Source: Leucoraja erinacea
Taxonomy: Eukaryota
Length of the DNA: 64,000 bases
Direction: 5' to 3'
NCBI RefSeq assembly: GCF_028641065.1
Contig: NC_073385.1
Span: forward strand, 42,346,001-42,410,000
Made by a program: the position numbers and the translations under genes. Below, one piece after another: positions 1 through 13,300 of the stretch. The number at the start of each line of letters is the position of its first letter. The first letter of the stretch is position 1. Under the pieces are notes generated by a model. That model worked only from the letters and a program-made list of their open reading frames with translations, was not told the DNA's origin and made no database searches.

Positions 1-272
1 CAGGCCCTTCGGCCCACCGAGTCCATTCTGACCAGCGGGCTAGTACACTAACCTACACACACCAGGAACAATTTTACAGCTATCAGAAGTCAATTAACCT
101 TCAAACCTGTTCATCTTTGGATTGAGGGAGGAAACTGGAGCACCCGGAGAAAATCCATGCGGTCACAGAGAGAGCATATAAACTCCGTATAGACAGCATC
201 CATGGTCATGATCAAACCTGGGTCTTTGGTGCTGTGAGGCAGTAACTCTAACAATGCGCCACCGTGCTGCCC
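1..272 (-). mobile_element. tRNA-derived V-type (HE1-like) SINE
   Basis: Minus-strand head gggcagcacggtggcgca..gttagag; core ctccagtttcctcc..ggttaattg. Confidence 0.8.
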
Positions 273-1111
273 ATAACAGGGTACATACAATACCATAAGT
301 AGACAAAAAATGCTGGAGAAACTCAGCGGGTTGAGGCAGCATCACTTTTGCTGCCACACCCGCTGAGTTTCTCCAGCATTTTTTGTCTACTTTCAATTTT
401 TCCAGCAACTGCAGTTCCTTCTTAAACATATAATACCATGTTTGCCATCATAAATGTTTAAAGTGAACTAAGTCATGCTGAAAATGAACAAGTTTAGGAT
501 GTCTGGATTTTTTTATACTCTTGCTTATGTCAAAAATCCCCATATAATTCAAAATAAAAGTTATTTTTTACAATATTTACCAGTACTGTATAGTAAACTA
601 TCCATTAGAGTTGGCACTTCATGGTCATTTAATCAAATATGACTAAAAATGTACAGATAACAATCAGCCACATACCATATTTATACATAGTAAGCTTTAG
701 TTACAGTGTTTGTCCATAAATGGGTATCGTGTATGGTGTCTTGTTTCCTTAGTCCACTCTTTGTTCCAAACATGGGCTTTATTCCAGATCTTGAGTGTAA
801 ACTATTCCATGCTTGGAAGGAAAGAAAATCCATCTGCCGTGTGATATGGGAATAATTCCATTGCAAGATCTTATCACTATACAGACAAATAACAATGAGT
901 CAGGTGCAAAAAAGTATTTCAAAGGGTCAGGCAGCATCTATGGAGATCATGGACAGGCCATGTTTTTGGTCGGGGCCCTTCTTCTGACTGATTGTGGTGG
1001 GGGGAGGAGGGGAAGAAAGCTGGGGTCAGGACAAAGCCAGGCAAGTGATAGGTGGATAGAGGTGATGGGGGATTGATGGGCAGATGGGTGGACAAAGGTG
1101 AGAGATGAAGA

Positions 1112-1395
1112 GGGGACAGTAGCACAGTGGCGCAGCAGTCGTATTGATGCCTTATAGTCCCGGAAACCCGGGTGCTACGCTGACTACGGGTGCTGTCTAT
1201 ACGGTGTTTGTACATTCTCCCTGTGACCACGTGAGTTTTCTCCGGGTGCTTCGCTTTCCTGCCAGATTTCCTGCCATTCGTGCAGGTTTGTAGGTTAATT
1301 GGCTTTGGTAATTTGCCCCTAGTGTGTAGAATAAGGTATGGATGATTGTTGGTCAGTGGGCCGAGGGCCTGATTCCACGCTGTACCTCTAAACGA
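1112..1395 (+). mobile_element. V-type SINE
   Basis: A box tggcgcagcagt; core gtttgtaggttaattggc; tail ctgtacctctaaa. Confidence 0.8.
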
Positions 1396-4300
1396 AACAC
1401 TGACAACATCTACGCTTACCATTAAATGGGTGAACTGTAGCAGGTAGCTTGAGAGCATGTTCAGAAACTGCCCATGCCTTTGCACCCTGCCACCTATCCT
1501 CATCCTCACTGCTCATCCTCTATAATTTCCATCACCTTCAATGTCATGCAACCACCCATCACTTTAGTTTAGTTTATGGTTCAAAGATAAAGCGCAGAAA
1601 CAAGGCCTTAGGCCTACGAGTCCGCTCCAACCGGCGATCCTCGTACACCTGTGCTGTTCTACACACACGGGACAATTTACTATCTTTACAAAAGTAGATT
1701 AACCTACAAACGTGTACATCTTTGGAGTGTGGCCTCTGGTCCCAGATTCTCCCACTAGAAACATCCTCTCCACATCCACTCTATCTAGGCCTTTCACTGT
1801 TTGGTAAATGTCCTTCTAAATTCCAGCGAGTAGAATCCCAGTGCCGTCAAAAGCTCATCATATCTTAACCAAATCATTCCTGAGATAATTCTCGTAAATC
1901 TCCTCGAGACCCTCTCCAATGCCAGCCCATCTTTCTCACATATATAGGGCCCAAGGTGCATGTCTTCATGTTTAAACCTGCCTTAGGGCCACCCAGTGCC
2001 TGTTATGGATAATACACAAACACATTCCGTAATTTACCATTCCTGTGAATTGAATGGACAGCTGCATCTTAATATAAAATGATGTACTCATGTGGAAGCT
2101 GCAGTTTGCAAAAAGCAGCCCTGATAACAGTTTTAACTTCTTGTATATTTTTCCATTGACAAACACGCCTCTCTTTCTCACATTTATGGTTGTTTCCTTT
2201 GTAATTAAACAATATTGAAGATAATATTTTTTTGTCACACTATGTCCCTAGGTAGTGAGATTTTTTGCTTTGTATGCAATCCAGTATGATCATACTATAT
2301 AGAAGCACAATCATAGATGTTACAACAGTGTAACAATTGTAATGCAATAGTAGACCTCACCGAGACAGTACACAAAGAGTCGTGGTGCCCACAAAGCTTC
2401 AAAGTTATTAAGTGCGCAGTCTTATCTTGGCAAAGACCACTTGTCTGGGTGACACCAATCCTTTCCTCCGTTTGCCGCCATCTTGGAAACTGTCTTTGTC
2501 CAGCATCCGCTGCAGTTGCCGACTCCCCCCACCCTCCTCCCCGCTTCCTGGTCTACGGGGTCGAGCAGGAGACGGGCCTCGGATGACTCTAAGTAGGCTC
2601 CAGTTTTGCGGTGGGCAAGCCAGGCCTGCTGTCGATGTGTGGCCATGGCTCATCAGAAGCTTCTGCCATCCCACACAACACAACACAGAATTCAGTTACT
2701 AATTCATGGTATATAATGAAGTAAAAGATGAACCTCATTTTGTATTCATCTTTCTTTGCTCCAGATCACTCAAGGCTGCTGATAATAATTACTTATTTAC
2801 TGTTAGCATTTGGCTGGGAGGAGTGTTAAGCAAGTTTAACGCAGTTTCTCAGCACTAGAGCTGCTGCCTCACAGCACCAGAGCCCGGGTTCGATCCCAAC
2901 TATGGGTGCTGTATGTGTGGAGTTTGTATGTTCTCCTTGTGACCGCGTGGGATTTGTCCCAGTGTCCGGTTCCCTCCCACACTCCAAAGATGTGCTGGTT
3001 TGTAGGTTAATTGGCTTTGTGTAAAATGTAAATTGTTCCCAGTGTGTAGGACATGGTGTAAGGGTGATCAATGGTCGCTGTATCTATAAGCAAATTAAAA
3101 TAGTTGAGGTGAAATGAGTTCTGCAGGTCTCTGGTAAAATATTTGTCATAATTTCATGTGGAATTAATATGTTTGCTAACACCAACTCTTCCATTTGTAA
3201 AATAGTAACCTAGAAATCTGCAAACATGCAATTCAAATAAGCAATTCAAATTCTGAATTTGTTTTGGTGTTTGTATAACTTGCAAATAAAATTTGCTAAT
3301 TTATATTTTGTGTTACAATCTATTTAGGAGTTAAGACCATTTACGTCACATTATTCATAATTCAGCTGACACAAAGTTAATCAGATGAGTGATTAGACTG
3401 TAAATTGTACTATTGTGCAAAATCTTGGCAAAATATTGATCCTATTTAGCCTGCTGCAATTAAAGCATGTTCTTGGTGATCTTGAATCAAAAGAAACTGC
3501 TGCCAGAATGAACTACAGTGTTAAAATTAGATGTATGAATGGAATATAAGATGTAGGAATAACATTTTCAACTCTTGAACGGAACATTGGAACCATTATA
3601 TAATTCACTTCATTAATATAATTGAAGCATGATGCATATAAAATCACTTGTTTTTCTACTGTTAACTATATCCATCTGATGTTTTAAAAAAGTGCCACGT
3701 GATGGCCTTGTTTCAACATAGGCAATGATGCCATGTGGATTTTAAAATGCCCTATTGCATGGCCGCTATTATATTTGCTCAATCATTTAGATAAAACATG
3801 GGGACCCTTTTGTGTTTTGCCAGTATATATAATTTCCATGCACATCAACACATCTGTTTTCTCCGGTATTGACTGCTTTCATCAGGGAACAGCTTACTGC
3901 ATTTACGCTAAACATGCAAGATAAAAGTCTTGATAAGTGCTGAGCATTTTCATTGAGGTGTTATATTCAAACTGGCATACACATATAAACATTTGCTGTC
4001 TCCCAATGTCATTAGGCAGCCTCAAAAGAAGGGAATATCAATCTGAAGAACAGTGAAAAAAACATTATAAACACGCTTTGTCTTTTATTTTCCATCATAC
4101 CGATAATTTTTGTTTGTCATGAAAATACCAAAAATGCACATGATGATAGTAGTAAATAATAGTCAGCCTTGTCCAAATATCAAATCAAAATATCTCAATT
4201 ATCAAATGGAAATATAACAAATTATGCAGTTTTAGCTTACAGAAGAAAGAAAAATATTTGGAGCTGTTAAGCTGGGAAAGATTCAGCACAGGAATAAAGA

Positions 4301-6279
4301 AAATAAGTTTCATAGGAACCTGAGGGGTAACTTTTTCACACTGAGGGTGGTGGGTGTATGAAACGAGCTGCCGGAGGAGGTAGTTGGGACAGGTGGTATC
4401 GCAACGTTTAAGAAACATTTGGACAGTTACATGGATGGAACTGGTTTAGAAGGATATGGGCCGAACACAGGCAGGTGGAACTAGATTAGATGGGACGTGT
4501 TGGTCAGTGTGGGACAGTTGGGCCGAAAGGCCTGTTTTAACACTGTATGACTCTATAACTCTAAGTGAGTTTTCTCCAAGTGATCCGGTTTTCTTCCAAA
4601 TCCCAAAGACATGTGGGTTTAGAGGTTAATTGGCCATTGGACGTAGCCCCGAGTGTATAGAGCGGTTGAGAGAGTAGGATTAACACAGAAATAGTGTGAA
4701 CGGGTGGTTGATGGTCGGTGTGGACTCAGTGAACCAAAGGGTTTGTTTCCATTCTGTATCTCCAAAGAAAACTCTGGCAGAAAAGTGACAACTTTTGAGG
4801 GCATTTTTACAAGGTATAGTTGTTTTTTGGGAGCTGTGATCTAATTATATGAATTCAGGAGAGGAACAGATGTGTGACTGCACTCTAGCACTCTCCTTTT
4901 GCACAAATGTGCATTATAGAGTAGGAACATAGAAACAAAGTACTATAGATGTTGGTTTATACCAAAGATAGACACAAAGTGCTGGAGTAGCTTAGCAGGT
5001 CAGGCAGCATCTCTAGAGAATAAGGATGGGTGACATTTCAGATCTTCAGACTGACAGAAGGGTTTTTACTTGAAATGACATCCTTTTTCTCCAAATATGC
5101 TGCCTAACCCACTGAGTTACACCAGTGTTTCTTTTTAGAGCAGAGACCTGTTGTGTTACTCCAGAGACACTGCCTGACTTGCTGAGTTACTCCAGTACGT
5201 TGTGTCCTTTTGTCCTTTTGCACAGATGTATAATTTAGAGTAGAAATCTGTTGCTATTTACAAAGCCGACTTGTTTAACAGTATTGTTGAACTTTAATTG
5301 TCTCCATTCACTTATATCATGCTAAGGAATGAATGTTAGTCTGGCCAGTTATGCTTATAACCTATAAAAGTTTGAAAACTTTTCTTAGAACCATGTATTT
5401 GAGCAGTATCGAGTTGTTTGTGAACAAAATCGACAACATCGTGCATCAATTCTCCTCCTCTTTTTTGCACAATCATATTGCATCAGTATCACATTAATAT
5501 CATGACATTGTTCCCTACTCAACCCGCATTCCCCTACTTCTTGCTGCTTCTTCTGCATGTTATTGATCAAAAATATGATTGACAGGTATTTTAAACATAT
5601 TGAGTACTAACCTCTGAGTCCTGCTGAAGACTCAAATGTCTGGTGTTGATCGATCAGAGGAATTCCCATTTTAGTTCAATTGAGCTGAGTTTAATTGAAC
5701 TCAGTTCATTCAGTTCAGAATTGTTTGTTAGTTTAGAGATACAGCATGGAAACGGGCCATTCAGCCCATCGAGCCTACGCTGACCAGCGATCTCCTGTAC
5801 ACTAGTTCTGTCCTGCACACAATAAGGACAATTTGTAGCAGCCAGTTAACTTACAAACCCACATTTCTTTGGAATGTGGAGGAGACCAGAGCACCCGGAG
5901 TACGTAAAAACTTAATGCAGACAGCACCCACAGTCAGGATCGAACCCGGATCTCTGGCACTGCAAGGCAGCTATTCTACCGCTGCACCACTGTGCTGCTC
6001 CACAGATCATGAATCTGCACACAGTGAGCATATCTGTGTTCCTAGGCGTACATGTTAGGCAACCGTTAGTACTCAACCTATACCTAGTGCGGTGCGTAAA
6101 GCAACTGCTTGAGGTAATTTACTAATTGATTCCTGGATTTTGGCAAAAAAGGGCACAGTCTCCCACTCCCACCTGGCAAATATATTATTGGTCTTTGGGT
6201 GAAAATATCTGGCAGAATTTTCAGCAGAGAAGTGTTTCCAAAGATATTGTGCGGTGTGGGCAGGCCAAGACGAAGATGC

Positions 6280-6740
6280 AATCAGATGCAGAGAATTGTG
6301 GACTTAGACCAGACCATCACACAAACCAACCTCCCGTCCATTGACTCCATCTACACTTCACGCTGCATCAACAAGGCCAGCAGCATAGTCAAGGACGAGT
6401 CTCACCCCGGTCACTCCCTTTTCTCCCCTCTCCCACAAAGAGCATAGAAGTGTGAAAACATACACCTCAAGATTGAATGACAGTTTCTTCCCAGCTGTTA
6501 TCAGGCAACTGAATCTTCCTCTCACCAGCGAGAGTGTGGTCCTGACCTCCAATCTACCACACGGGAGGCCCTTGAACTATCTATTCAGACTTTATCTGGC
6601 GCCAAACATTATACCCTTTATCCGGTATCTGTACAGGAATGTTTGTAATCATGTATATTTGCTTACAGGATAGCACATAACAAAAGATTTTCACTGTATC
6701 TTGCACATGTGACAATAGCAAACTAACAAAAATAAACTAA
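6280..6740 (+). mobile_element. Rex1/Babar-type 3' end repeat
   Basis: NLPSIDSIYTSRC..KASSIVKDESHPGHSLFSPLP followed by a gtgacaat..aactaa tail. Other copies near 21820-22090, 25870-26135 (-), 26710-27225 (-), 29712-30410 (-), 40490-40730 (-) and 41865-42350. Confidence 0.75.
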
Positions 6741-6984
6741 GTTAAATCTTTTTTTCTGATGAAGTAACATTTTGAGTGTCGGGATGCTGGCACATTGAAT
6801 GGACTTTAGGAAGTAGGAGGTTGGGGGCGGGTAAAATGGGTAAAATAGCACCACCAATGCATGAATACAGATACTTTGCTTGTCTATAGCTCCACATCAC
6901 ATAGCTTTAACCCACCTTTCCCTCCACATTTGGAGGAGGATAGAAAATTGAGAGGGTCTAGGACCAAACTATTTATTCTGTGCA

Positions 6985-7265
6985 TCGGAATAAAAGGACG
7001 TACCTTTAGATTGGAGATGAGGAATTTCTTTAGCCAGAGGGTGGTGAATCTGTGGAATCCATCGCCACTGGTGGCTGTGGAGGCCGAGTCATTTGGTATT
7101 TTTAAAGCTGAGGTTGACAAGTTCTTGATTAGTAAGGATATCATAGGTTATGGGGAGAAGGCAGGAGAATGGGGTTGATAGAGAAAAATAGAACAGCCAT
7201 GATTGAATGGTAGAGTAGACTTGATGCGCCAAATGGCTTAATTCTGCCTCTATGTCGTATGGTCT
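6985..7265 (+). mobile_element. CR1 LINE 3' end
   Basis: FFSQRVVNLWN motif and conserved 3' UTR. Similar ends near 4320-4560, 50085-50390 (-), 51730-51960 (-), 57950-58380 and 63350-63850. Confidence 0.8.
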
Positions 7266-7906
7266 TAACACAGTTCCCTTGAATCTTTGTTCAATAAACT
7301 ACAGAACTGGCTTAAAATCTCATCATGGAATTAATTGTGTGCTCTTATTATTGGCTAACCAATGAAGTGGAAAACGAAGCTTTGGAGAAACTGAAATCTT
7401 TTAATGTTATGAAGTAGAGTCCTGTGCAAAAAGTATTTATTATCTTCTCTCTCTTCTTGTCTCTCAGCCTCTTCCTAGCTCCTTTGTTCAAATGTCTGCA
7501 AGCCATAAATCAACTAAAATGGTCCACATTAAACACCCTCTTTTTTTTGCAGAATAATTCACTTTACAAATCATTGTGTCAGTGAAGTGTTTCTGAAAGG
7601 AATGTGCCTACAAGAACTAAATGCCATTCATCCAGCAAAATGGTTAGTCGAGTGCATCTCATTCCACTCAGTAGTTCCCTTCCCCAGTAAATGTTCACTG
7701 CTACAATGTGAACCAATGTGGTAAAATAGAGTTCCTGCATTTATAAATTAGAATCATAATCATACAGTGTGGAAACAGGCTCTGCGGCCCAACTTGCCCA
7801 CACTTACCAACAGGCCCCATCCACACTAGTCCCACCTGCCCGCCCGCCCGCACTTGGCCCATATCCCTCTAAACCTATCTTATCCATGTACCTGTTAAAT
7901 GTCTAG

Positions 7907-8185
7907 GCAGCACACTGGCGCAGCCAGAGACCCAGGTTCGATCCCGACTATGGGTGCTGTCTGTACGGAGTTTGTACGTTCTTCCTGTGGCCATGTGGGT
8001 TTTCTCCGAGTGCTCTGGTTTTCACTTCAAAGACATACAGGTTTGTAGGGTAATTGGCTACATGGTAAAATTGTAAATTGTCCCGAGTGTGTAGGATAGT
8101 GCTAGTGTATGGGGGTGATCACTGATCGGTGTGGACTCGGTGGGCTGAAAGGCATGTTTCCACGTTGTATCTCTACAGTCTAAAG
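7907..8185 (+). mobile_element. V-type SINE
   Basis: B box ggttcgatccc plus family core. Further copies near 2850-3090, 5735-5998 (-), 21325-21610 (-), 23204-23490 and 24770-25065 (-). Confidence 0.8.
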
Positions 8186-8584
8186 TCCAGAGGGATATGG
8201 GTCACACACACAGGAAAATGGGACTAATTTTGATGGGGCATCTTTTTGGCAAGTTGGGCTGGAGGGCCTATTTACATGCTGTATGACTCCATGCCTCTGT
8301 GACTCTATGAATACATCCATTTGAGTCCTGTTCAGCAGGTGCATGGGAATCTTGTCACCTCCAAAACACGCACCATCCTGAAATACAACTATTCCTTCAT
8401 TTCATCACCTTTTTTGATTCATGTTTTGATTAATTTAGCGTCTATGAAGAGCCATTGTTCCAATTCAGCATACTTACGTGTTGACTTTCACTGAGTAAAA
8501 GATTTTGATTTTAGTTTAATGTAGCATACAAAATTTCCGTGATGTTGACAACATATTGTACCAATTGTAGCATAAAGTTTATCT

Positions 8585-8897
8585 CCTGCCCCACTGTATG
8601 AGTTCATTCAAGTGCTCTCCCGAGTTTAAAAAAAAATCAAACTCGTGGTAAGCACACAGAATGAACGTAGCGGGTACGTCGGAGCTCGGGGACATCTCTT
8701 AGTGGCACGTAACGCTAACGGCAGGTACTTGGGAAACGCGGTAAGCTCGGGAAGACTCGTGAAGATTTTTCAACATGTTGAAAAATGTCCACGAGAGCCC
8801 CGAGTACCTGCGAGCGGCCATTACCATGAATCTCCGAGTTCGAATCAGGGCAAACTCGAGAGAACTCTTTGAATGAACTCGTACAGTGGGACAGGGC
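8585..8897. mobile_element. MITE, probably PIF/Harbinger-type
   Basis: About 35-bp imperfect TIRs cctgccccactgtatgagttcattcaa / ttgaatgaactcgtacagtgggacaggg; no ORF. Confidence 0.7.
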
Positions 8898-8959
8898 TTT
8901 TATTAAGAGCACTTTTATATTATTCTTCAGCACATCTTTAAAATGAGCTCCAAAGGACA

Positions 8960-10260
8960 TTTTGCAGTGGTTATGGGAGATTTCAACATGCAGGTAGACT
9001 GGAAAAATTAAATTTGTACTGGACCCTAAGAAAGGGAGTTTGTGGAGTGCCTCCGAGATGGATTCTTAGAGCAGCTTGTACTGGAGCCTACCAGGGAGAA
9101 GGCAATTCTGGATTTAGTGTTGTGTAATCAACCGGATTTGATAAGGGAACTCATGGTAAAGGAACCAGGGGGTAGTGAACATAATATGATAAGTTTTCAT
9201 CTGCAATTGGAGAGGGAGAAAGGGAAAATTGGAAGTGTCAGTATCACAGTTGAGCAAAAGGGACTATGGAGCCATGAGGGAGCAGCTGGCCAAAGTTGAC
9301 TGGAAAGAGACCCTAGCAGGGATGACAGTGGAACAACAATGGAAGTTAGTTCTGGGAATAATACAGAAGGTGTAGGATCAGTTCATTCCAAAGAGGAAGA
9401 AAGATTCTAAGGGGAGTAAGAGGCAATGGCGGCTATTAAGGGCAGTATAAAAATAAAAGAGAATAAGCATAATTTTGCAAAGATGTGTGGGAAGCCAGAG
9501 GATTGGGAAACTTTTAAAGAGCAACAGAAGATAACTATAAAGGCAAGAGGGGGAGAAAAATGACGTACGAAGGTAAGCTAGCCAAGAATATAAAGGAGGA
9601 TAGGAAAAGCTTCTTTAGGTATGTGAAGAGGAAAAAAATAGTTAAGATAAATGTGGGTCCCTTGAAGACAGAAACAGGTGAATTTATTATGGGGAACAAG
9701 GAAATGACAGGCAAGTTGAACAGGTACTTTGGATCTGTCTTCACTAAGGAAGACACAAACAATCTCCCTGATGTACTAGTGGCCAGAGGACCTAGGGTGA
9801 CGGAGGAACTGAAGGAAATTCACATTAGGCAGGAAATGGTGTTGGGTAGATTGACGGGAATGAAGGCTGATAAATCCCCAGGGCCTGATGGTCTGCAACC
9901 CAGGGTACTTAAGGAAGTGGCTCTAGAAATCATGGATAGCAGTAACAGGATCGGTCCGAGTCAGCATGGATTTACGAAGGGGAAATTAGGCTTGACTAAT
10001 CCTCTGGAATTTTTTGAGGATGTAACTAGGGAAATGGACAAGGGAGAGCCAGTGGATATGGTGTACCTGGACTGTCAGAAAGCTTTTGATTAAGGTCCCA
10101 CATATGAGATTTAGTGAACAAAATTAGAGCACATGGTAGGGTTACTGACATGGATAGAAAATTGGTTGGTAGACAGGAAACAAAGAGTAGGAATTAACGA
10201 GTCCCTTTCAGAATGGTAGGCAAGGCTCTGTGCTGAGACCGCAGCTTTTTTACAATATAC
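8960..10260 (+). mobile_element. CR1 LINE internal fragment (EN-RT), same family as 35118-38568
   Basis: Near-identical blocks to 36105-37590; KSPGPDG and QHGF; internal deletion; truncated at 3' end. Confidence 0.9.
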
Positions 10261-10380
10261 AGTCCAGGTACACTACATCCACTGGCTCTCCCTTGTCCAT
10301 TTTTCAACATCTTGATATTTCATTGGTTCTTGATTCGTAATAGATTGTAGAATCTCTAAGAAAACCTGGGAGGAAACAAG

Positions 10381-13300
10381 TTAACCACCTATATCTTCAC
10401 TTAAACTTTTACTATGATGAAGATGCACCCAGGCATTTCTTCCATCTACTTTTACTGTTGTTGGAGTCATTAGAAGAACTTGGTAAGGTCCTTCCCAACG
10501 AACTGATGATCCTTTCCTCACCCAATACTTCACTAAGACGTAGTCTCCAGGTTTTACTTTAATAGGAGTTGCTAATTAAGGCATATCAGCATAGGCTGCT
10601 CTCACTCTACAATGTAAATCTCTTAAGGCTCTGGTCAAGGCTAAGATTTAGTCAGTCATGTCTGCAGTCATATGGTGGAAATGAACTATTTTCATTGCAT
10701 TCTGGTTTCAAGTGGTTTTTAAAGGTCTACCGTAAATAACTTCAGCTGGGCTTAATCTAGATTTCCCTGCAGGCGCGACTCTCATCTGAAATAAGGCTAT
10801 TGGGAGCAATCTCTAAACAAAAGACCTGGTCGGTGGGGGCGCTACGAGACGGCTGCCCTGCCAGCAGCGTGTTCGTCATTTCTACTTTTTTTGTTTTTTT
10901 TAGTCTGTCCAAATGTGTGTTTTAATGTCTCTCGGTGTGTCTTGTGTAAGGGGTGGTGGGGGGGGGGGGTAAGGGGGAAACCGCTTTCAGTCGCCTCCTC
11001 CACGGAGAGGCGACTTTTTCCATGTCGCCTCCCTTGTGGCCTAACACTAAGGATTGGTGCGGCCCTTTCCCGGAGTCGGGCCCGGAGCTACAGCAGCGGG
11101 CACTGCGTGGACTTTTTCCTATCGCTGGCCCGTTCAGCTTGAAGCTGCGGTCTGCGAGGCTTCTAGCCACTGGCGCTGTGTCAGGAGCCTGGGATCCATC
11201 GTTGGGGACCCCCGGAGGAGAAGAGCTCCGACCCGTTGGCCGCGGCCTTCAACTCCTGAAGCCGCGGTCTGCGGAGCTTCTAGCCGTGGGCGCGGCGGGG
11301 ACTTACCATCCGGAGCGGGATCCCTCGCCGAGAATCCCTGGAGAAGGGCTCCGACGGCCGGCCTGCGGCCTACGTCCTTGTGAAGCCGCGGTCTCCGGTA
11401 GAGAAGTGCTGATTCGGGACTTACCTTCCAGACGAGGCCCTGTACATCTCGCTGTCTGCAGCGGCGACTGCGGAGGTTTATGGCCCCGACCACGGGGAAC
11501 AATGGAGGAGGACTGACTATACTTTGTGTCTTCCACCACAGTGATGAATGCTGTGGTGGATGCTTGTGTTAAATTTTTATTGTGTATTGTATGTTCTTTT
11601 TTATTGTACCGCTGCTGGCAAGTTCATTTCACTGCACTTTATTGTGTATTATGCATGTTATGAATAAATCTGATTGATTGATTGAATTTAATCCATACAA
11701 ATCCAATCTCAGCCTTTAATTTGGCTAATTTAGTTTTAAGGGTCTGATTTCTCTTTCTACAGGTCCAGCAGCCTGTGGCTGATAAGCACAATGTAATTGC
11801 TGCTGGATCCCCAGCTGTTCACAAAATTCTTTATTGATTTATCCAATAAAGTGTGGACCGTTATCTGAACTAAGTCGAATTGGAGTATCGAACCTAGGGA
11901 CAATTTCTCTCATTAGCACCTTGACAACAGTAGCTGCTTTATTGTCAAGGGTTGGGTATGCTTCGATCCACCGGCTGAATACATCGACTATGACAAGAAC
12001 ATATTTATATCCCTGGCACCTTTCTAATTCAATATAGTCAATTTTCAATGTCTCAAAAGGACCCATAGGCAATGATGTTTTCCCTCCTTCACATCCTATT
12101 CCTTTCCCTGGATTGTATTTCTGGCAGACCAAATAACTACTGCGTACCTTCTGAGCAAAATATTGTAATTTTGGATGCCACCAAGTAGCCAATAGAGTGT
12201 CCCCTACTGCCCTTGCACCACAATGGGTTGCATAATGCATACACTCTATAACCCATACTGCTAATGAGTCTGTCATGCAAGTTTGCCCTGCTGGAGTGGT
12301 CCACAGTCCAGTTATACAATCCAGTACACATCCCAGTTGTCTCCACCTTTCCTTATCTCCTTCAGTTGTCTCTTCTTGTAATCGAACGCTTTCTTGGATG
12401 GTTGGCATCAGTTTCTCCGAAGGGGACTTGTTAGTTATACATTTAGTCTGCTTCATCATTTTAGGTACCACCACCTTACGTTCCCATGATACTTTTTTAG
12501 CTACTGTCGGAATTACGATTCCCAATGTCAACTGGAGTCTGTCCTTTAGTATGGGCGCTACATTTCATTACAAAGATTTGTCTGGGTAGCATTAAGGCCT
12601 TCAATAAATCTGTCACCAATTGTTTGTTTGATATTTGGGTTCCTGCAGAAGTTAGGAATCCCCTATTTTTCCATAATTGTCCAAAATCATGCACACCCCG
12701 AATGCATATCGAGAATCAGTAAATATATACTTTTAGATTTCCCCCGATAATACAAGCCCGAATTAAAGCGAATAATTCTGCTTGCTGTGCTGAATAGGGT
12801 GACTCAAAGGCAGCTGCTTCGACAATCTCCGTCTTTTGATCAACAATTGCAGACCCAGCCAATCTCTCACCCCACGGTCCAATGGATTGGATGCACTCCT
12901 GTCCACATGTGATGTCAGAGTCCTCCATGGGTGCATCCCTCAAGTCTTCTCTTAATGATGTTTCTTCCTCTAATATAAATAGACAGTCATGCCCTGCTTC
13001 TGATCGTTTTTCTGGGGGTGAAATAAGAAAAGAGGCTGGGTTAATCAATGTATAATGTTTGAACTGCAATTTCGGATTGTTCAACAGATAGATCTCATAC
13101 TTATTTTGGCGGGCCATTGTTAAGTGCTGGGTTTGAAGCTGCCCCAACAATGCCGATACCGAATGTGAACTGTACACAACAATTTCCTGCTTGAGTGTCA
13201 AATTAGCAGCTGATTGTAAACTATTGTGGATTGCAGTTAAAATTTGAGTGCAAAGAGGATGTCCCCTGGCTACTGGATCTAATTTAGAAGAGTAATATGC

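Noticed and set aside
1112-1200. tRNA genes
   Set aside because: The A/B boxes belong to SINE heads followed by the family core; there is no complete cloverleaf.
10891-11539. Several overlapping 78-187 aa ORFs
   Set aside because: They lie in a GC-rich non-coding retroposon where stops are rare; no recognisable domain.
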